The notes under the pieces were generated by a model. The model did not search any database and was not told the DNA's origin. It saw only the letters and a program-made list of their open reading frames with translations. From contig NC_009664.2 of NCBI RefSeq assembly GCF_000017305.1, positions 3,570,001 to 3,602,000 on the forward strand: a stretch of 32,000 bases of DNA, read 5' to 3'. Numbering within the stretch: the first letter of the stretch is position 1; the number at the start of each line of letters is the position of its first letter. Source of the DNA: Kineococcus radiotolerans SRS30216 = ATCC BAA-149. Its GTDB lineage: Bacteria; Actinomycetota; Actinomycetes; Actinomycetales; Kineococcaceae. Below are positions 1 through 6,747 of this stretch, one piece after another. A program made the translations under genes and the position numbers.

Positions 1-1
1 C

Positions 2-202
2 GCCGAGCACCTGCGCGCCCAGGGCCGCGGCGACCTGCTCGTCACCCTGGAGGTCACCACCCCCCGCGACCTCGACGACGAGCAGGAGGAGCTCCTGCGC
101 CGCCTCGCGGAGCTGCGCGGGGAGGTCCGCCCCGCGGGCAAGCTCGCCCCCGCCCACCAGGGCGTGTTCTCCAAGCTGCGCGGGAAGTTCTCCGGCCGCT
201 GA
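2..202 (+). CDS. dnaJ: Molecular chaperone DnaJ, C-terminal end (partial; 5' part lies upstream of the window)
   Basis: Frame starting at nt 2 reads AEHLRAQGRGDLLVTLEVTTPRDLDDEQEELLRRLAELRGE...KFSGR and stops at TGA 200-202. The GDLxVxxxVxxPxxLxxxQxELLxxLA pattern is the typical DnaJ C-terminal tail. Confidence 0.8.
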   Translation, partial: AEHLRAQGRGDLLVTLEVTTPRDLDDEQEELLRRLAELRGEVRPAGKLAPAHQGVFSKLRGKFSGR

Positions 203-231
203 CGGGTCGGCCGCCCCGGCGGGTCCGGCGC

Positions 232-260
232 CCCCGGCGGGGTACCGGCCCCCGCCGGGG
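232..260. terminator. GC-rich stem-loop between convergent dnaJ and the MCP-like gene (candidate bidirectional intrinsic terminator)
   Basis: CCCCGGCGGGG (232-242) and CCCCGCCGGGG (250-260) are perfect reverse complements, giving an 11-bp stem and a 7-nt loop. The hairpin lies in the 66-bp gap between two convergent stop codons. There is no U-tract. Confidence 0.4.
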
Positions 261-268
261 CGGTGCCC

Positions 269-1222
269 TCAGCTGCGCATGCCCGCCAGGAAGGCGCTGA
301 TCTGGGTGCGCAGCTCCTCGGCGAGCTGGGACAGCCCGGTGGTGTCACCGGTCGGGCCCCACCCCGCGGAGCCGTCCACCGCGGTGCGCACGCCGTCGAC
401 GAGCCCGTTCATCTCCCCGATCGTGACGCCGACCCCGCTGATCGCGCTGACCGCGTCCTGGGCGTTCTGCCGGATGCTGTCGACCCGCTGGCTGACCTGC
501 TCGGTGGCCCGCGCGGACTGGTCGGCCAGCTCCTTGACCTCGGCCGCCACGACGGCGAAGCCCTTGCCGGCCTCCCCGGCGCGCGCGGCCTCGATGGTGG
601 CGTTGAGCGCCAGCAGCCGCGTCTGGTCGGCGATCGCGTTGATGACGGAGACGACCTGCTGGATCTCCCGGGAGGCCTCGGTCAGGGCCTGCATCGTGAG
701 CGTGGCCCGGTCGGCCTCGGCGCTCGCGGCGCCGGCGGCGGTGGCCAGGCCCTGCGCGGAGGCGCTGAGCTCGGTGGAGGCGGTGGCTAGCTGCTCGGAG
801 ACGCCGAGCACCCCGGCCTCGAAGTCGTCGGCCAGGGCGAGGCGGGCCGTGCGGGCCTCCTCCACGACGCTGGAGCCGGCTCGCATCGTGGTGCGCCCGG
901 CGTTGATCGCCGCGGCGGAGTGGCGGAACGCCCCGCCGAGACCACCGGTCAGCAGCCGGCGGTGGAAGCGCCCCTCGGCCGCCGCGGTGAGGACCTCCCC
1001 GGCCTCGCGCACGAAGGCGTCGGAGACGTCGAGGGAACGGTTCACGGAGTTCTCGAGCTGCACCAGCTCCGGGACCGCGGCGGCCCCGGCGATCCCGCCG
1101 ACGCGGGCTTCGAGGTCGCCGGCGGCGGCCCGGTCGCAGACCTCGGCGACCTGGCGGACGACGTCGCGGTACAGGGCCGCCTCGTCGGTGACCGACCTCG
1201 CCCCCCGGGTGAACAGCTTCAC
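269..1222 (-). CDS. Soluble methyl-accepting chemotaxis protein-like signalling protein (HAMP-like N-terminus plus MCP signalling hairpin, no TM segment seen)
   Basis: Contains the highly conserved MCP hairpin tip [37 protein letters not shown]. The N-terminus has a HAMP-like AAGDLEARV...[15 protein letters not shown]. The start is taken as GTG at 1222, which overlaps the upstream stop as GTGA; the longer ORF to 1555 would overlap the PAS gene. Confidence 0.85.
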   Translation of the reverse strand: MKLFTRGARSVTDEAALYRDVVRQVAEVCDRAAAGDLEARVGGIAGAAAVPELVQLENSVNRSLDVSDAFVREAGEVLTAAAEGRFHRRLLTGGLGGAFRHSAAAINAGRTTMRAGSSVVEEARTARLALADDFEAGVLGVSEQLATASTELSASAQGLATAAGAASAEADRATLTMQALTEASREIQQVVSVINAIADQTRLLALNATIEAARAGEAGKGFAVVAAEVKELADQSARATEQVSQRVDSIRQNAQDAVSAISGVGVTIGEMNGLVDGVRTAVDGSAGWGPTGDTTGLSQLAEELRTQISAFLAGMRS

Positions 1223-1788
1223 GGTCGGACCTCCTCGGGGACGATGGACCAGATGAACTCCTCGTAGGACGTGCCGCGCTCGGCCAGCAGCCGCTCGAGC
1301 AGCGCGCTGGAGGCCTCCACCGCCGCCCGGCCGCCGCTGTGGCGGCGCTCCTCGGCCAGCAGCACGTCGTACAGGGCGCTCGCCGCGCGCACACCCTCCT
1401 GGGCGGGCTTGCGGCGGTTGGAGTGGTACCCCGAGATCCGCCCGGCGGGGTCCTTCGTGGGGGTGATGTGCGCCAGGACCCAGTAGTTCGCCCCGTCGGC
1501 GGCGAGGTTGTTGACGTAGGCGAACAGCTCGCGCCCGCTGGAGACGGTGTCCCACAGCAGCTTGAAGACGGCCTTGGGCATGTCGGGGTGGCGGATGACG
1601 TTGTGCGGGCGGCCGATGACCTCGTCGCGCTCGAAGGCGCCCACCCGCAGGAACACGTCGTTGGCGTAGGTGATGATCCCGCGCGGGTCGGTCTTGGAGA
1701 CGATCAGCTCGTCGGGCGAGAAGGTGCGCTCCTGCCCGGTGGGGCGCACGGGGACCCGTGGCTCGCGCTCCGCGGTGGTCGTGGTCAT
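1219..1788 (-). CDS. Aer-type PAS domain sensor protein (stand-alone)
   Basis: [52 protein letters not shown]...[11 protein letters not shown]...[11 protein letters not shown] closely resembles the N-terminal PAS of aerotaxis receptor Aer. ATG at 1788 (MTTTTAERE) is preceded by GGGAGA. The stop at 1219-1221 overlaps the next gene's GTG. Confidence 0.85.
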   Translation of the reverse strand: MTTTTAEREPRVPVRPTGQERTFSPDELIVSKTDPRGIITYANDVFLRVGAFERDEVIGRPHNVIRHPDMPKAVFKLLWDTVSSGRELFAYVNNLAADGANYWVLAHITPTKDPAGRISGYHSNRRKPAQEGVRAASALYDVLLAEERRHSGGRAAVEASSALLERLLAERGTSYEEFIWSIVPEEVRP

Positions 1789-1939
1789 CGGTCTCCCTGG
1801 CTCGGACGGCTGCGTCCAGGCCCGGGTGGGCCGGCGGTTCGACGCTCTCCCGACCTCGGCACCCGGGGACGATCCCTTGAGCCGTCCGGGTGACCCCCTT
1901 CCGGGGGCGGCGAGCACCGCAGGGGCGGGTGGGGGCCCG

Positions 1940-2671
1940 TCAGGTCCCCGGGCGCAGGCTCAGCTGCTGCCCCAGCGAGCGGTACCCCAGGGCCCGGGCG
2001 ACGCGCACCGAGGCCGGCGGGCGGGCCCGCCACTGCGGCAGGAGCCCGGCGCGGTGGGCGTGGTCGGTGGCGACGGCGGCCACCGCCCGGGCCAGGCCGG
2101 TCCCGCGCGCGTCGGGACGGGTCAGCACGCTCAGGTGGGCGACGCCGCCGGGCCAGCGCTCGTAGCCGGCGACGGCCAGCGCCGCGCCGTCGCGCACGAC
2201 GGCGAAGACCGGGGAGGTGGTGGCCCCCACGGCCGCCTCCGCGACGTCGTCGGCGGGGCAGGCGGCCAGCAGCGCCGCGACGAGCGGGTCGGTGCCGGCG
2301 AGGGCGCGCACGGGGGCCGCGTCGTCGGCGGGGCGGCCCACCGGGGCGGGGGAGTAGGCGAGGTCGGCGGGGCCGAGGACGTCACCCGCCGGGAACGCCG
2401 TCGCCAGCGCCGTCGCCAGCGCCGTCACCGACGCGGCGGTGAGCCGGACCGGGCCGGGGGGCCGCGCGGTCAGGAGGTCGTCGAGGACGGGCTCCAGGGC
2501 CCGGGCCCGGGCGGGGTCGGGCGCGGTGGCCAGGACCGCCCCGGCGACGACCACGACACCGCACCAGCCCGGGGGGCACAGGCGGGAGGCGGGGGCCACC
2601 GCGACCCGGACGCCGGGCGCGGTGCCGAAGCGCGCCGGCGGGCCGGCCAGCTCCCGCCAGGCCCCGCGCAC
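1940..2671 (-). CDS. GNAT family N-acetyltransferase (start uncertain)
   Basis: The C-terminal half reads VFAVVRDGAALAVAGYERWPGGVAHLSVLTRPDARGTGLARAVAAVATDHAHRAGLLPQWRARPPASVRVARALGYR, a GNAT acetyl-CoA-binding-core look. The first in-frame canonical start not overlapping the upstream gene is GTG at 2671, and no good SD precedes it. Confidence 0.55.
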   Translation of the reverse strand: MRGAWRELAGPPARFGTAPGVRVAVAPASRLCPPGWCGVVVVAGAVLATAPDPARARALEPVLDDLLTARPPGPVRLTAASVTALATALATAFPAGDVLGPADLAYSPAPVGRPADDAAPVRALAGTDPLVAALLAACPADDVAEAAVGATTSPVFAVVRDGAALAVAGYERWPGGVAHLSVLTRPDARGTGLARAVAAVATDHAHRAGLLPQWRARPPASVRVARALGYRSLGQQLSLRPGT

Positions 2672-2742
2672 GGCGTCGACGAGCGGCCCGCCGTCCCCCG
2701 CCCCGGACCCCGCCCCGGACCCCGCCGCGTCCCGCCGCCCGG

Positions 2743-3906
2743 TCAGCGGACGGTGACCGTCTTGGTGTCGCCCACCGCCACCGGACCCTCGCCGCCGGAC
2801 TCGTCGGGCGCGAACACCGCCACGGTGTACGTCCCCGCCGGTGCCGCCACCGCGAGGGAGAACTCCCCGAAGGTCCCGTTCGCGCCCGCCTGCACGGGCT
2901 CGCGCGCCACCTCGACGCCCGCGGCGTCGGTCAGCGTGCAGAGCAGCGTCCCCTCGAACGCCGTCCCCACCCCCGCCACGGTCACCGAACCCGCGCCGGG
3001 GGTGACCTGCGTGATCCACGCCGGGGCCTGCACGTCGACCTGCGGGGCGCGCTCCACGGCGGCCGGGACCCGGTGGGACCCGAACACCGTCGCGCCCTCG
3101 CGCCCGTCGACGAGCAGGCGCACCGGGGCGCTGCCGCCGCCCGCGGCCGTCACCGTGTGCACGAGCTGCTGCACGGCCAGCTCGGCCTCCGGCGCGCTCA
3201 GGGGCGTGGACACCGCGGCCGCGGAGACGTCGACGACGTAGGCGCCGGACCCGTCCCGGGTCACCTCCGCCGCCGGGTCAACGCCCCACGACGTGCGGTA
3301 GTCCGCGTCGGCCGCCGTGCCGCCCAGCAGGACCTGCAGGGCGTTCGTGGCGTCGTCGCGCCCGCCGGGGACGGGGGTGAACTCCCGGAACAGCTTCCCG
3401 CCCCCGGTCCAGTACACCGGGACCCGCGCCGCGCCCGTGGGCAGCGCGGGCGCGGCGGCGCCCGTCGGGGTCGAGGTGGCCGGGGCGCTGGTGGCCGCGG
3501 TCGCCGGCCCGGTGGACCCGCTCGCCGTGGCGGGGGCCGGGGCCGCGGCCGGGGCGGTGGCCCCGGGCGTCCCCGCGCCCGCCGCCGTCGTCGTCGTGGA
3601 GGACGCGGGTGCCGCCGCCGGGGAGCCGGCGACGGTCCGGACGCTGCCGCCGTCGCGCTGGGCCAGGGCGTACCCGCCGCCGCCGACCACGACGACGGCG
3701 GCGACCCCGGCGGCCGCCACCACGGCGCGGGTGCGGGAACGACGGCGGTCGGCGCGGCTGGTCACGTGGATCTCCTCGAGGCGGTCGGTGGGGTGCACCC
3801 CGGCCGCACGCGCGGCCAGGGCCTCGCGCAGCCGTCGCGCGGTGGGGCTCAGCTCGCCGTCGCCGTCGGGGTCCGGCAGCGGACCCAGGGGTGTCCGGTC
3901 GCTCAC
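2743..3906 (-). CDS. Single-pass membrane protein with extracytoplasmic GerMN-like and Gmad2-like Ig domains; putative anti-sigma factor by context
   Basis: GTG at 3906 overlaps the sigma-factor stop as GTGA. The protein has a short N-terminal cytoplasmic part, then a TM segment AVVAAAGVAAVVVVGGGGYAL, then an Ala/Pro/Thr-rich linker. GerMN-like region: VPVYWTGGGKLFREFTPVPGG...ALQVLLGG. C-terminal Ig-like region: ITQVTPGAGSVTVAGVGTAFEGTLLCTLTD...GTYTVAVFA. Confidence 0.7.
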   Translation of the reverse strand: MSDRTPLGPLPDPDGDGELSPTARRLREALAARAAGVHPTDRLEEIHVTSRADRRRSRTRAVVAAAGVAAVVVVGGGGYALAQRDGGSVRTVAGSPAAAPASSTTTTAAGAGTPGATAPAAAPAPATASGSTGPATAATSAPATSTPTGAAAPALPTGAARVPVYWTGGGKLFREFTPVPGGRDDATNALQVLLGGTAADADYRTSWGVDPAAEVTRDGSGAYVVDVSAAAVSTPLSAPEAELAVQQLVHTVTAAGGGSAPVRLLVDGREGATVFGSHRVPAAVERAPQVDVQAPAWITQVTPGAGSVTVAGVGTAFEGTLLCTLTDAAGVEVAREPVQAGANGTFGEFSLAVAAPAGTYTVAVFAPDESGGEGPVAVGDTKTVTVR

Positions 3907-4439
3907 GGGGTCTCCTCCAGGCTCAGGGCCGTGCGCAGCGCGGACAGCCCGCGGTGCGCGTGGGTCTTGACCGCGCCCCGGCTGATGCCGAGGGCGGCGG
4001 CGATGTCCTCCTCGGACATCTCGCCCTGGTACCGCAGCACCAGGACCTCCCGCTGCCGGGTGGGCAGCGCGTCCAGGGCCCCCAGCACCATCCGGTGCTC
4101 GGCGGCCCGCACCGCGTGCTCCTCCGGCCCGTCGGGGGCCGGGTCCGGCAGCGGTCGCCTGCGGTCGGTGACGACGCGGTGCCGCAGCACGTCCCGGGCC
4201 CCGTTCACCACGCTGGTGCGCAGGTACGCGACGGCGGAGCCCTTGTCCGACAACCGGTTCCACCGACCGTGCAGGGTCACGAAGGCGTCGGCCACGACCT
4301 CCTCGGCGCTCGCGGACTCACCCATCAGCGAGCTCGCGAGCGCGACGAAGCGCCGCCAGTGCGCCGCGTAGAGCGCGCTGACCGCCTCGTCGGCGCTCCA
4401 CGAGCGCGGGTCGTCGGCCGGCTCAGCGGGCACGACCAC
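3903..4439 (-). CDS. ECF-type (group 4) sigma-70 family RNA polymerase sigma factor
   Basis: Region 2-like: LYAAHWRRFVALASSLMGESASAEEVVADAFVTLHGRWNRL...AYLRTSVVNGARD. Region 4-like: LPTRQREVLVLRYQGEMSEEDIAAALGISRGAVKTHAHRGLSALR. The ORF extends to GTG 4478, but GTG 4439/4433 follow a GGAGGAG Shine-Dalgarno, so the shorter start is preferred. Confidence 0.85.
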   Translation of the reverse strand: MVVPAEPADDPRSWSADEAVSALYAAHWRRFVALASSLMGESASAEEVVADAFVTLHGRWNRLSDKGSAVAYLRTSVVNGARDVLRHRVVTDRRRPLPDPAPDGPEEHAVRAAEHRMVLGALDALPTRQREVLVLRYQGEMSEEDIAAALGISRGAVKTHAHRGLSALRTALSLEETP

Positions 4440-4466
4440 GCGCTCCTCCGTTCCCCTCACGGGAGG

Positions 4467-4495
4467 TAGACGGGTCACGGGGGGTCACGGTTGAC
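4467..4495 (-). promoter_or_regulatory. Candidate ECF-type promoter upstream of the sigma factor gene (speculative)
   Basis: The minus strand reads GTCAAC-N16-CGTCTA, which resembles the AAC (-35) / CGTC (-10) cores of ECF promoters. It would place the transcription start just upstream of the GGAGGAG SD. It overlaps the GGGTCACGG direct repeats. Confidence 0.2.
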
Positions 4496-4551
4496 ATCCA
4501 ACCCGAGGCGATCCGGGGACCATCCGCGCCCGGCCCCGGCCGGCCGCCGGG

Positions 4552-4557
4552 TAGCGT
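4552..4557 (+). promoter_or_regulatory. -10-like hexamer TAGCGT 6 nt upstream of the HIT ATG (possible leaderless transcript)
   Basis: TAGCGTgcgggcATG matches the actinobacterial TANNNT -10 pattern. The spacing would put the TSS at or next to the A of the ATG, and there is no SD between them. Confidence 0.3.
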
Positions 4558-4563
4558 GCGGGC

Positions 4564-4929
4564 ATGAGCGAGGTCTCGCGCGTGCAGCGCGCTCCCGACG
4601 ACCTGTTCCTGCGGATCGTGGCCGGTGAGGTCCCCGCCACGATCGTCCACTCCGACGACCTCGTCGTCGCCTTCGAGGACGTGAACCCCCAGGCCCCCGT
4701 GCACGTGCTGGTGATCCCGCGCGAGCGCCACGAGAACGTCGCCCAGCTCGCCGCGGCCGCCCCGGCGACCCTGGCCCGGCTGGTGGAGGTGGCCCAGCGG
4801 ATCGCCGACGAGCGCTGCGGGGGGGAGTACCGCCTGGTCTTCAACACCGGCACCGCCGTGGGGCAGTCGGTCTTCCACGTGCACGGCCACGTCCTCGGGG
4901 GCCGGGGCTTCACCTGGCCGCCGGGCTGA
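4564..4929 (+). CDS. Histidine triad (HIT) family nucleotide hydrolase
   Basis: LFLRIVAGEVPATIVHSDDLVVAFEDVNPQAPVHVLVIPR... followed by the HIT signature SVFHVHGHVLGG (HxHxHxx). Confidence 0.9.
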   Translation: MSEVSRVQRAPDDLFLRIVAGEVPATIVHSDDLVVAFEDVNPQAPVHVLVIPRERHENVAQLAAAAPATLARLVEVAQRIADERCGGEYRLVFNTGTAVGQSVFHVHGHVLGGRGFTWPPG

Positions 4930-4951
4930 TCTCGCGGTTGGATGAGGCGCC

Positions 4952-6736
4952 ATGTGCGGTCTCTGCGGTGAAGTCAGGTTCGACGGGCGGGCGGCGGACG
5001 TCGCCGCCGTGCAGCGGATGTCCGAGACCATGGCGGCCCGCGGTCCGGACGGCGAGGGCGTCTGGGCGCAGGGGCGGGTGGCCTTCGGGCACCGGCGGCT
5101 GTCGGTCATCGACCTGTCGGCCTGCGGGGCGCAGCCCATGCAGGACCCCGAGCTGGGGCTGACCGCCGTCTTCAACGGCTGCATCTACAACTACCCCGAG
5201 CTGCGCGCGGAACTCGCCGGGCACGGCTACCGGTTCACCTCGACCTCCGACACCGAGGTCATCGTCAAGGGCTACCACCGGTGGGGCGTCGACGTCGTCG
5301 ACCACCTGGTCGGGATGTTCGCCGTCGTCCTCCACGAGCGCGACTCCGGGCGCGTGGTCCTCATGCGCGACCGGCTGGGGATCAAGCCGCTCTACCTGGC
5401 CGAGACCCCGGGCCGGCTGCGGTTCGCCTCGACGCTGCCCGCGCTGCTGGCCGGGGGCGACGTCGACACCACGATCGACCCGGTCGCCCTGCACCACTAC
5501 CTCTCCTGGCACGCCGTCGTCCCCGCGCCGCGCACGGTGCTGCAGGGGGTCCGGAAGCTGCCGCCGGCCACCGTGCGGGTCCTCGAGGCGGACGGGACCA
5601 GCCGCGAGCACCGCTACTGGGCGCCGGACCACGTGCGCCGCGAGGAGTTCGCGGGGTTCTCCGAACGGGACTGGGAGGACGCGGTCCTGGAGTCGCTGCG
5701 GACCGCGGTGCGCCGGCGGACGGTGTCCGACGTGCCCGTGGGGGTCCTGCTCTCCGGCGGGCTGGACTCCAGCCTCATCACCGCGCTGCTGGCCGAGCAG
5801 GGGCAGACCGACCTCGCGACCTACTCCATCGGGTTCGAGTCCGTGGGGGGCCGCGGCGGCGACGAGTTCGAGTACTCCGACGTCATCGCCGAGCGGTTCG
5901 CGACGGACCACCACCGCATCCGCGTCTCCGGCGACGAGCTCGTCGGGGCCCTCGGGCACGCGGTGGGGGCGATGAGCGAACCGATGGTGAGCCACGACGT
6001 GGCCGCCTTCGACCTCCTCTCCCAGCAGGTCTCGCAGAGCATCAAGGTCGTGCAGTCCGGGCAGGGCGCCGACGAGGTGTTCGGCGGGTACCACTGGTAC
6101 CCGCCGCTGGCCGGGCTCACCCCCCAGCAGGGCGTCGACGTCTACGCGCGGGCGTTCTTCGACCGCGACCACGCCGGGATGGCGCAGGTGCTGGACCCGC
6201 GCTGGCTCACCGCCACCGACGTCTCCCGGGAGTTCCTCGCCGAGCACTTCGCCCGGCCCGGCGCCGACACCGCCGTCGACGCGGCGCTGCGCCTGGACAC
6301 CGAGGTCATGCTCGTCGACGACCCGGTGAAGCGGGTCGACAACACGACGATGGCGTGGGGCCTGGAGGCGCGGGTCCCGTTCCTGGACCACGAGCTCGTC
6401 GAGCTCGCCGCGGCGGTCCCGCCGGAGCTGCAGCTGTCCGGGGGCGGCAAGGGGATCCTCAAGCGGGTCGGGTACCGGGTCATCCCGCGCGAGGTCATCG
6501 ACCGCCCCAAGGGCTACTTCCCGGTGCCGGCCATCACCCACCTGGAGGGGAAGGTGCTGGGGACGGTCAAGGACGCGCTGACCAGCCGGGCGGCGCAGGA
6601 CCGGGGGCTGTTCCGGCCGGAGTACGTCCAGGGCCTGCTGCGCGACCCCAACGGGGAACTGACCCCGTTGCGCGGCAACAAGCTCTGGCAGCTCGGTCTG
6701 CTCGAGATGTGGTTGCAGCAGCACGGCATCGGCTGA
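4952..6736 (+). CDS. asnO: Asparagine synthetase-family glutamine amidotransferase, N-acetylglutaminylglutamine amidotransferase-like
   Basis: MCGLCGE provides the class-II amidotransferase Cys2 nucleophile. The synthetase domain shows VGVLLSGGLDSSLITALL (PP-loop SGGLDS). It is followed 11 bp later by the GNAT+ATP-grasp Ngg-like gene, which is the asnO-ngg arrangement. Confidence 0.85.
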   Translation: MCGLCGEVRFDGRAADVAAVQRMSETMAARGPDGEGVWAQGRVAFGHRRLSVIDLSACGAQPMQDPELGLTAVFNGCIYNYPELRAELAGHGYRFTSTSDTEVIVKGYHRWGVDVVDHLVGMFAVVLHERDSGRVVLMRDRLGIKPLYLAETPGRLRFASTLPALLAGGDVDTTIDPVALHHYLSWHAVVPAPRTVLQGVRKLPPATVRVLEADGTSREHRYWAPDHVRREEFAGFSERDWEDAVLESLRTAVRRRTVSDVPVGVLLSGGLDSSLITALLAEQGQTDLATYSIGFESVGGRGGDEFEYSDVIAERFATDHHRIRVSGDELVGALGHAVGAMSEPMVSHDVAAFDLLSQQVSQSIKVVQSGQGADEVFGGYHWYPPLAGLTPQQGVDVYARAFFDRDHAGMAQVLDPRWLTATDVSREFLAEHFARPGADTAVDAALRLDTEVMLVDDPVKRVDNTTMAWGLEARVPFLDHELVELAAAVPPELQLSGGGKGILKRVGYRVIPREVIDRPKGYFPVPAITHLEGKVLGTVKDALTSRAAQDRGLFRPEYVQGLLRDPNGELTPLRGNKLWQLGLLEMWLQQHGIG

Positions 6737-6747
6737 GGGGGGTCCTC

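Noticed and set aside
2397-2427. 12-bp tandem repeat GCCGTCGCCAGC (about 2.6 copies), considered as a CRISPR-like or minisatellite element
   Set aside because: It lies inside the GNAT coding frame and simply encodes an ALAT-type low-complexity repeat (TALATALATA). There are no spacers and no array structure.
4491-4496. Perfect sigma-70 -35 hexamer TTGACA as the promoter for the HIT operon
   Set aside because: No TANNNT-like -10 lies 16-19 bp downstream (CGGGGA/GGGGAC there), and it is 55 bp from the TAGCGT hexamer. On the other strand it more plausibly contributes the AAC core of a possible ECF -35. It is left as unresolved.
5281-6747. Long N-terminal extension of the ngg reading frame (the ORF track gives 1085 aa from 5281)
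   Set aside because: The extension overlaps asnO in another frame and is Arg/Pro-rich nonsense-like sequence. A GTG at 6748 with an upstream G-rich SD begins the recognisable protein 11 nt after the asnO stop.
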